49,589 nucleotides of DNA. Source: Acidobacteriota bacterium. Its GTDB lineage: Bacteria; Acidobacteriota; Vicinamibacteria; Vicinamibacterales; 2-12-FULL-66-21. Position 1 is the stretch's first letter. Every line of letters starts with the position of its first letter. Of this stretch, positions 43,888-49,589 are shown in pieces. Under the pieces are notes generated by a model. The model was not told the origin of the DNA, did no database searches, and saw only the letters and a program-made list of their open reading frames with translations. The stretch spans positions 1-49,589 of the forward strand of contig JACDBQ010000046.1 of the NCBI GenBank assembly GCA_013694845.1, read 5' to 3'. The translations under genes were made by a program, and so were the position numbers.

Positions 43888-45366
43888 CTACGGCCGACGC
43901 AGATTGCTCTTGCGGTAGCCGTAGACGAAATACAGCAGGATTCCGGCGACCAGCCAGATGCCGAACCGCTCCCAGGCGTGCGTGGGCAGCCCTTTCATCA
44001 CGTACAGGCAAGCGGCGGCCCCGGCGAGGGACACACCCCAGACGAAGGGCACACGGAAGGGTCGGGGGCGTTCCGGTTCCTGGTACCGCAGGACGAGCAC
44101 GCCGATGCAGACGATGGCAAAGGCAAAAAGCGTCCCGATGTTGGTGAGATCGTAAATCTCGTTCTCGTCGGCGAAGAGCGCCCCCACTGCGACAACCACT
44201 CCGGTCAGGACGGTGGTGACGTGCGGAGTTCGATACTTCGGATGAATCTTCGCGGCCCAGCCCGGCAGCAGGCCGTCGCGCGCCATCGCCAGGAAGATCC
44301 GCGGCTGGCCGTACTGGAACACCAGCAGGACCGCCGTCAGCGATACCACCGCGCCGAACGCGACGAACCAGCTCGCCGTCTGAAGACCGGCCACTTCGAG
44401 GGCGCGGGCGAGCGGATCGGCGGCCCTCAACTGCTGGTAGGGCACCAGCCCGGTCGCGACGATGCCGACGATCACGTAGATCAGCGTGCAGATAGCCAAC
44501 CCCCCCAGGATGCCAATCGGCATGTTCCGCTGCGGGTTTTTCGTTTCCTCAGCCGCGGTGGAGATCGCGTCGAAACCGATGTAGGCGAAGAACACGATCG
44601 CCGCGCCCTGATGAATTCCCGCCCAGCCGTTCGGGGCAAACGGCTTGTAGTTCGCCGGATCGATGTGCATCGCACCGAGCCCGACGAACACCGTGAGAAC
44701 GATCAGCTTGATGACCACCATCACGTTGTTGGCGCGCACGCTTTCGCGCACACCGATGTAGAGCAGGCAGGTGATCGCACCGACGATCAGCGCAGCGGGA
44801 ACGTTCAACAGCAGCGGAATGCCGGCGACACGCGGAGCCGTCTGCAGCAGCGCATGGACGGCGGGATCGGAACTGAGAAGGGCGGTGCGATAGCCGTGGG
44901 TGAGGTACTGCGGCAGGTCGATCCCGAATCCTGACAACAATGAGTTGAAGTACCCGCTCCAGGCGATCGCCACCGCGATGTTGCCCACCGCGTATTCGAG
45001 GATCAGGTCCCAGCCGATGATCCAGGCGATCAGCTCGCCGAGCGTCGCGTATGAGTAGGCATAGGCGCTGCCCGCTTGCGGAATCATCGACGCGAGCTCT
45101 GCGTAACAGAGCCCGGCGAGGCCACAGACGATCCCGAGAAGGACGAATGAGAAGATGAGCGCCGGGCCGGCGCCGTATCGAACGATCTCGCCCGTCGGCA
45201 ACACCTCGCCGGCGGCGGCCGTGCCGATGGAGGAAAAAATGCCGGCGCCGATCACGGCGCCAATCGCGAGCATGATCAGGTCGCCGGCGCCGAGCACCCG
45301 CTTCAAACCGTGTGGACCTTCGGCGAGGAGGTCCGAAATCGGCTTCCGCTGGAAGAGTTGGTTCAT
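43888..45366 (-). CDS. APC-family amino acid permease
   Basis: Starts at [17 protein letters not shown]...[28 protein letters not shown]. About 12-13 hydrophobic segments. ATGA overlap with the upstream gene stop. Confidence 0.9.
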   Translation of the reverse strand: MNQLFQRKPISDLLAEGPHGLKRVLGAGDLIMLAIGAVIGAGIFSSIGTAAAGEVLPTGEIVRYGAGPALIFSFVLLGIVCGLAGLCYAELASMIPQAGSAYAYSYATLGELIAWIIGWDLILEYAVGNIAVAIAWSGYFNSLLSGFGIDLPQYLTHGYRTALLSSDPAVHALLQTAPRVAGIPLLLNVPAALIVGAITCLLYIGVRESVRANNVMVVIKLIVLTVFVGLGAMHIDPANYKPFAPNGWAGIHQGAAIVFFAYIGFDAISTAAEETKNPQRNMPIGILGGLAICTLIYVIVGIVATGLVPYQQLRAADPLARALEVAGLQTASWFVAFGAVVSLTAVLLVFQYGQPRIFLAMARDGLLPGWAAKIHPKYRTPHVTTVLTGVVVAVGALFADENEIYDLTNIGTLFAFAIVCIGVLVLRYQEPERPRPFRVPFVWGVSLAGAAACLYVMKGLPTHAWERFGIWLVAGILLYFVYGYRKSNLRRP

Positions 45367-46424
45367 GAGCGCGTGAAGGGTAGCAGTCCGCGGACACCGA
45401 CGTCCAGCCGATAGACGGTGTCTGCGGAGCAGATCGCCATCGTGCCGGCTGGCCCGAACCCGACCCCCACCAGGCCGCTGGCCGCGAGAAGGCACTCGGG
45501 CTCTCCCTCATCGGCGGAAAATCGAAACAGGCCCCCGCCGCCGGCCAGTGCGTCGGCCACATAGAGCCGCCCCTGGTCATCGAATGCCAGCCCCTGCGGA
45601 CGGCCGAAACCCTCATAGAAGACCGACACCTCACCCTCCGGTGAGATCCGGTAGACGCTGTCCCGCGTACCCAGGGTCGGCCCCGTCACGAACAATGAGC
45701 CCGCGGCATCGAAAGCCAGGTGAAACGCCGCAACACTTGGCGGCAGCGTGGCGAAGGTCGTCGCACGTCCTTCTTCGACTCGCAGGATTGTGCCGGACCG
45801 ATCGCCCACAAACAGCACATCATCGGCACTGAACGCGATCCCGCATGCCACACCAAGATCGGTCGCAACCTGGGTTGCGACGCCCGTGGAATCGATCGCG
45901 TAAACACTTCCGTCGAACCGGCTGGAGACGTGCAGCCGCCCTGCCGCGTCGAAGGCCATCGACGTCGGGTTGGGAAGCCCGCTCACGCAAGGTTCGCGCG
46001 AGCCGTCCGGCCGAACGATGAAGATCGAGACCGGCACCTGCTGTCCGCGGGCGCCGCTGAAGGTCACGAACAGATTGCCAGCGAGGTCGTAGACCGGGTT
46101 GTCTACCTGGTGCAGCCCGGTCGCCAGCGGGACGCCTACCTCGATAAAAACCGTTTCTCCCGGCGAGTGCTCCAGCCGAACCGGGGTCCGGCCGCCGTCG
46201 AGCGCGGGTGGCACGGTCACCTTCAGCTCCCGGGCTGACCCCGCGACGATCCGGGCGGCAACCGGACCGATCCGGACCTCGGGCAGGGGGTCAACCGGAA
46301 AGCCATCACCGGTGATCGTGACCGAGCCTCCCTCAATCCCCCAGAGAGGACGGACTCCCGTAATACGGGATGGACTGGCGGAAGTCATAGTCGAAGGATG
46401 GGCGTGAACCGCGGGAGAACGCAA
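45363..46424 (-). CDS. IPT/TIG domain plus NHL/SMP-30-like beta-propeller protein
   Basis: The N-terminus ITGVRPLWGIEGGSVTITGDGF is IPT/TIG-like. It is followed by repeated blade-like segments (GNLFVT, GRLHVSS, VLFVGD, GSLFVTG, GRLYVAD). Alternative start at 46388 (MTSASP). Confidence 0.75.
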   Translation of the reverse strand: MRSPAVHAHPSTMTSASPSRITGVRPLWGIEGGSVTITGDGFPVDPLPEVRIGPVAARIVAGSARELKVTVPPALDGGRTPVRLEHSPGETVFIEVGVPLATGLHQVDNPVYDLAGNLFVTFSGARGQQVPVSIFIVRPDGSREPCVSGLPNPTSMAFDAAGRLHVSSRFDGSVYAIDSTGVATQVATDLGVACGIAFSADDVLFVGDRSGTILRVEEGRATTFATLPPSVAAFHLAFDAAGSLFVTGPTLGTRDSVYRISPEGEVSVFYEGFGRPQGLAFDDQGRLYVADALAGGGGLFRFSADEGEPECLLAASGLVGVGFGPAGTMAICSADTVYRLDVGVRGLLPFTRS

Positions 46425-46436
46425 CCGCCGAGAGCG

Positions 46437-46973
46437 TCAGCTCTCGTCGAGCTCCATATTCCAGTAGAAGTAGTCGCGCCAGCCTTCCGGTGCGTTCTTG
46501 AGGCCAACCGTGATCCGGATGGCTGGCGCCCTGTCAGGCCGTCTCGGCACGCGAATCAGGTGCATGCCGGCTTCAGCCGGTGTGCGTCCACCCTTTTTGC
46601 GGTTGCAGGCAACGCAGCACGTGACGATGTTCTCCCAGTCCTTGCGTCCACCCTGCGCCACGGGCACAACATGGTCGAACGTCAGCTCCGCCGTAGGGAA
46701 AACCTTGCCGCAGTACTGACAGGAATGATCGTCTCGCGCGTAGATGTTGGCGCGGGAAAACGGCACGTAGTCAATATGCCGTTTGATCTTGATGTAGCGG
46801 AGCAGTCGGATGACTGAGGGAAGTTTGAAGCTGAAGGAGACCGACCGGACTTCCCGGTCGTTGTACACAGAAATAACTTCGACCTTCCCCTGGCACCAAA
46901 GCGTAATCGCCTTCTGCCAATGGACGACCTTCAGCGGTTCATACGAAGCGTTGAGCAGGAGTGTCTGCTCCAT
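46437..46973 (-). CDS. HNH endonuclease family protein
   Basis: 178 aa. RDDHSCQYCGKVFPTAELTFDHVVPVAQGGRKDWENIVTCCVACNRKKG (CxxC...H...H-N...CxxC-N). Confidence 0.88.
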   Translation of the reverse strand: MEQTLLLNASYEPLKVVHWQKAITLWCQGKVEVISVYNDREVRSVSFSFKLPSVIRLLRYIKIKRHIDYVPFSRANIYARDDHSCQYCGKVFPTAELTFDHVVPVAQGGRKDWENIVTCCVACNRKKGGRTPAEAGMHLIRVPRRPDRAPAIRITVGLKNAPEGWRDYFYWNMELDES

Positions 46974-47012
46974 AAACCTGAGTTATTCTAGCTGATAATC
47001 CGCTCGAAACCC

Positions 47013-47543
47013 ATGCGTGCCCTTCTAATAGTGGTCGCCGCCTTGAGCGGCGCCTGTGCTGCCACCGGGGCGGATCCGCGTCCATTTCCTCAGCCGGGTG
47101 GCCGGACAGGCGCACCCACTACGCATGCGGTTCCGTCCCGGGACCGCGGTCGCGACGCGGTGAGGACGCTCCCGGCGGGCGGCTACGAAGTAAGCGGCAC
47201 GGCGCTCGGTCTGAGAGGCGCTCCCTACAAGAATGGCGGGGCGGACCCGAACGGTTTCGATTGCAGTGGATTCGTCTGGTATGTCTTCGCCCAGCACGGG
47301 CTCTCGCTGCCGCGTACCGTCGAAGACCAGTTCCGCGCGGGTGGAACCATTTCTCCCCAGGACCTGCTGGCGGGTGACCTGGTGTTCTTCAGTACGACCG
47401 CCCCGGGGCCTTCGCACGTAGGGATCGTGGTCGGGGGGGATTCGTTCGTGCACGCGCCATCGTCCAGCGGCGTGATACGGGTCGAACGATTGGGGACCGC
47501 GTACTGGGCGGCGCGGTATGTCGGGGCTCGAAGGATTCTGTAA
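47013..47543 (+). CDS. NlpC/P60 family peptidoglycan endopeptidase lipoprotein
   Basis: Signal peptide plus lipobox (LSGAC). Catalytic FDCSGFVWYVF...PGPSHVGIVVGGDSFVHAPS. Confidence 0.9.
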   Translation: MRALLIVVAALSGACAATGADPRPFPQPGGRTGAPTTHAVPSRDRGRDAVRTLPAGGYEVSGTALGLRGAPYKNGGADPNGFDCSGFVWYVFAQHGLSLPRTVEDQFRAGGTISPQDLLAGDLVFFSTTAPGPSHVGIVVGGDSFVHAPSSSGVIRVERLGTAYWAARYVGARRIL

Positions 47544-47603
47544 AGCGCACCACTCGAGGGGCTCTCTCACGGCATCATTCAACTGCCAGCGGGGGCCCAC
47601 CCC

Positions 47604-47674
47604 GTCAGCCCGGGGCCCCCACCCCACGGCTGACAGCCCTCGCTCTCGCTCAGGCGGATTGCAGAGGGGCTGTC
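47604..47674. terminator. two adjacent stem-loops between convergent genes (possible bidirectional terminator)
   Basis: GTCAGCC (47604-10) pairs with GGCTGAC (47628-34); the loop contains GGGGCCCCCACCCC. GACAGCCCTC (47632-41) pairs with GAGGGGCTGTC (47664-74), leaving one bulge. No clear U-tracts. Confidence 0.3.
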
Positions 47675-48485
47675 ACGCCGCGCAGTATCGCCCCTTCCGC
47701 GTAAGACGCCGGGAGTTACATTCCGTGAATTGCCTGATGTGCAGATCGTCTTCCGTGTAGATGACCGGCTGCGTCGGGGTCTTCAACGGCTCCAGCTTCA
47801 CGCGCGGCTCAGAGGCGGGCAGATCGACTGTTTCCATGTATCGCTGCGGGAAAGACGGGAAGTTACTGAACGTCGTGCCCACCACGCCATCGAACATTTC
47901 GCTGAGACACGCGAAGTCGTGGCGCAGAAAGTCGTAGAGAGCAGGATCCGGCTGGGTCGCGAGATATCCGCGCACCATGTCCGATACGTCCTCGTAGAAC
48001 ATCGGACCGTGGCTGCGGTAGGACCGGCGGCCGTCGGCGTTCTCGAGCGCGCGAATGCCGGTGGCCCCGGGATCGATGTGATAGAGCTCGTGCACGATGG
48101 TGTCGAGCTTCGCGACCCATGGCTCCGCGGACGGATAGAGGTCTGCCTTGCGGGAGCCGACGAGCGTCTGATCGCAGAAGCGCGGCAGCACGAACGAGAT
48201 CAGATACTTGACCGTCGTCTGGCCGACGCGCACCTGAGGTGACTTGGTCACGAACCACGGCGAGCGTCGCGTCAGCTCTCCCGTTTCACGATCCTTCCAG
48301 AAGAAATATCCCGGTTCGCTCTCTGGCATCGTCAGGCAATGGCAGGTCGCGAACGCGCCTTCGGCGTCCGATCGCCCGAAGCGAGCGAAAACGATGACTT
48401 CCTCGAGATTGATGAAAGATAGCCGCCCTGTACGCGCGACTACGTCCTGCATCAGCAGCGCAATGCGCTCTGTGTAATTGATCAT
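47673..48485 (-). CDS. HExxH-motif protein, putative metallopeptidase of unknown family
   Basis: 270 aa. TIVHELYHIDPGATGIR...SHGPMFYEDV is loosely DUF45/YgjP- or SprT-like. Ordinary composition. Confidence 0.75.
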   Translation of the reverse strand: MINYTERIALLMQDVVARTGRLSFINLEEVIVFARFGRSDAEGAFATCHCLTMPESEPGYFFWKDRETGELTRRSPWFVTKSPQVRVGQTTVKYLISFVLPRFCDQTLVGSRKADLYPSAEPWVAKLDTIVHELYHIDPGATGIRALENADGRRSYRSHGPMFYEDVSDMVRGYLATQPDPALYDFLRHDFACLSEMFDGVVGTTFSNFPSFPQRYMETVDLPASEPRVKLEPLKTPTQPVIYTEDDLHIRQFTECNSRRLTRKGRYCAA

Positions 48486-48576
48486 GCCGACACACGCCGG
48501 CCGGAGACACAGGAGGTCTGCCGACCACGTCCTTGTCGCTTCAGTGGGGAGCTGTTTAATGCTGAAACGTTCGCCG

Positions 48577-48606
48577 AATATAAAGACTTGCGTGCCGAAG
48601 TGTCAA
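48577..48606 (-). promoter_or_regulatory. strong sigma70-type promoter TTGACA-N17/18-TTATAT/TATATT
   Basis: On the minus strand, a perfect TTGACA (48606-48601), then TATATT (48582-48577) after 18 nt, or TTATAT after 17 nt. About 90 nt upstream of ATG 48485. Confidence 0.45.
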
Positions 48607-48623
48607 GGTGAGCAGAAACAAAT

Positions 48624-49487
48624 CTAGCGCCGCGGTGGACCTCCGCCCGGTTTTCCGGTAACTTTTGGGGGGAGGACCACCTGGCCAGGCAGGGAGGGGG
48701 GCAACCCTACCGAAGGTGGCAGCATGGGGAGCGGCGCTCCTTCGGAGGCCGGCGCATCGCCGTCGGGAAGTGCCGTCGATGGTGCCGTCGCGATCACGGG
48801 CGGCTCGACGGCGCCCATGCGCCGCAAGACCATCTGCTGCCGCCGACGGAGCCGCGCGGTGGGATCGCCGGGATTCATGACCCTCGGGTTGGCGATCGCG
48901 GCGGCGAGCAGAGCGCTCTCACCCGCGTCGAGCTGGGACGCCGGTTTGCCGAAGTAGGCTCGCGCCGCGGCCTCTGCGCCGTAGATGCCGTTGCCCCACT
49001 CGATCACATTGAGGTACAGCTCCAGGATGCGCCCCTTCGTCAGCTCACTTTCGAGCCGACGGGCGATCAGAAGCTCGCGCAGCTTCCTGAGCGGGTTCTT
49101 CGAAGGGGAGAGATAGAGGTTCTTCGCCAGCTGCTGCGTGATCGTACTGGCGCCTCGCGCGAATTCTCCCCGCTCGAGGTTCACCTCCATCGATTCCTTG
49201 ATCTGCTGGTAGTCGAGACCATCGTGCTGCCAGAACGCGCTGTCCTCGGTCACGAGCACCGCCCTGACCAACTGCGGCGAGATGCGCGAGTACGAGACCC
49301 AGCGCTGGACCCGGCGTGGCTTCTCGCCACGCGCCCGTGCGGTCTTCGACCTGATCTCGATGAACGCGGTGGTCTCGGGATTCTTTGTCCGGAGGGATCG
49401 GACGTCGGGCGTCGTCACCAAAGCGTAGACTGCGCACCCGAACACGACGGCCACTGCAGCGACCAAGACCCGCGCTACCCTGCGCAT
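48624..49487 (-). CDS. mtgA: monofunctional peptidoglycan glycosyltransferase (GT51)
   Basis: 287 aa. N-terminal TM. GT51 motifs VLVTEDSAFWQHDGLD, GASTITQQLAKNLYL, RKLRELLIARRLE, KGRILELYLN. Pro-rich C-terminal tail. Confidence 0.9.
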   Translation of the reverse strand: MRRVARVLVAAVAVVFGCAVYALVTTPDVRSLRTKNPETTAFIEIRSKTARARGEKPRRVQRWVSYSRISPQLVRAVLVTEDSAFWQHDGLDYQQIKESMEVNLERGEFARGASTITQQLAKNLYLSPSKNPLRKLRELLIARRLESELTKGRILELYLNVIEWGNGIYGAEAAARAYFGKPASQLDAGESALLAAAIANPRVMNPGDPTARLRRRQQMVLRRMGAVEPPVIATAPSTALPDGDAPASEGAPLPMLPPSVGLPPSLPGQVVLPPKVTGKPGGGPPRR

Positions 49488-49589
49488 GGCGCATTATGGC
49501 GCGGAACTCTCGCCTACTCCGCCGCCAATGTGATCAGGACGACCGGCGGTCCCAGGCCGCAGATCTATCCTTCGACAACGATCCTGATA

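Noticed and set aside
43799-44011. 71-codon N-terminal extension of uvrA, and the similar upstream extensions of xerC (to 24477), dprA (to 29364) and the APC permease (to 45495)
   Set aside because: The extensions are Arg/Pro-rich and overlap neighbouring genes or promoter elements. The conserved N-termini begin at the internal Met codons.
49494-49589. Possible 3' end of a minus-strand gene running off the right edge (open 32-codon frame ending in TAA at 49494-49496)
   Set aside because: It is too short and compositionally uninformative (…IDLRPGTAGRPDHIGGGVGESSAP). The other frames end earlier, so the call cannot be supported from this window.

Overview
High-GC (roughly mid-60s %) bacterial chromosomal window. 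The gene content (many sigma54 parts, PEGA proteins, ECF sigma modules) tentatively suggests an Acidobacteriota-like organism. It is mostly housekeeping. On the minus strand: an acyl-CoA carboxylase set (pccB / accC / BCCP), transaldolase, hslVU, a Bacillus-type dprA-topA-trmFO-xerC cluster, lpxC, uvrA and mtgA. On the plus strand: rplU-rpmA-obg-nadD-rsfS-comF. Between them lie two ECF sigma modules, two histidine-kinase systems (one NtrB/NtrC-like with a sigma54 activator), an ABC-F ATPase, two APC permeases and several exported proteins of unknown function. I found no rRNA, tRNA, CRISPR array, transposase or phage gene. The long Arg/Ala/Pro-rich ORFs antisense to recognised genes are high-GC artefacts. 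The unusual signals are mostly at DNA level. (1) A family of tandem arrays with a strict 7-nt period sits at stop codons, at both borders of a degraded ~2 kb island that splits the carboxylase operon, and as an inverted pair inside the linker of the ABC-F gene. (2) Four GG-N10-GC sigma54-type promoters lie in front of start codons, close to a sigma54 activator. (3) Other repeats: a 20-nt word present twice in opposite orientation, an 18-bp x3 repeat in a divergent promoter region, and a 117-bp palindromic element upstream of rplU. (4) There are four or more decayed genes; three +1 frameshifts, spread over two of them, each fall in a G6 run. (5) Two gene-level oddities: an ECF sigma translationally coupled to a STAS protein with no kinase partner, followed by a radical-SAM protein that has an N-terminal SPASM/twitch-like Cys domain and a CX3CX3C motif. 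All functional calls come from reading translations by eye. No searches were run.
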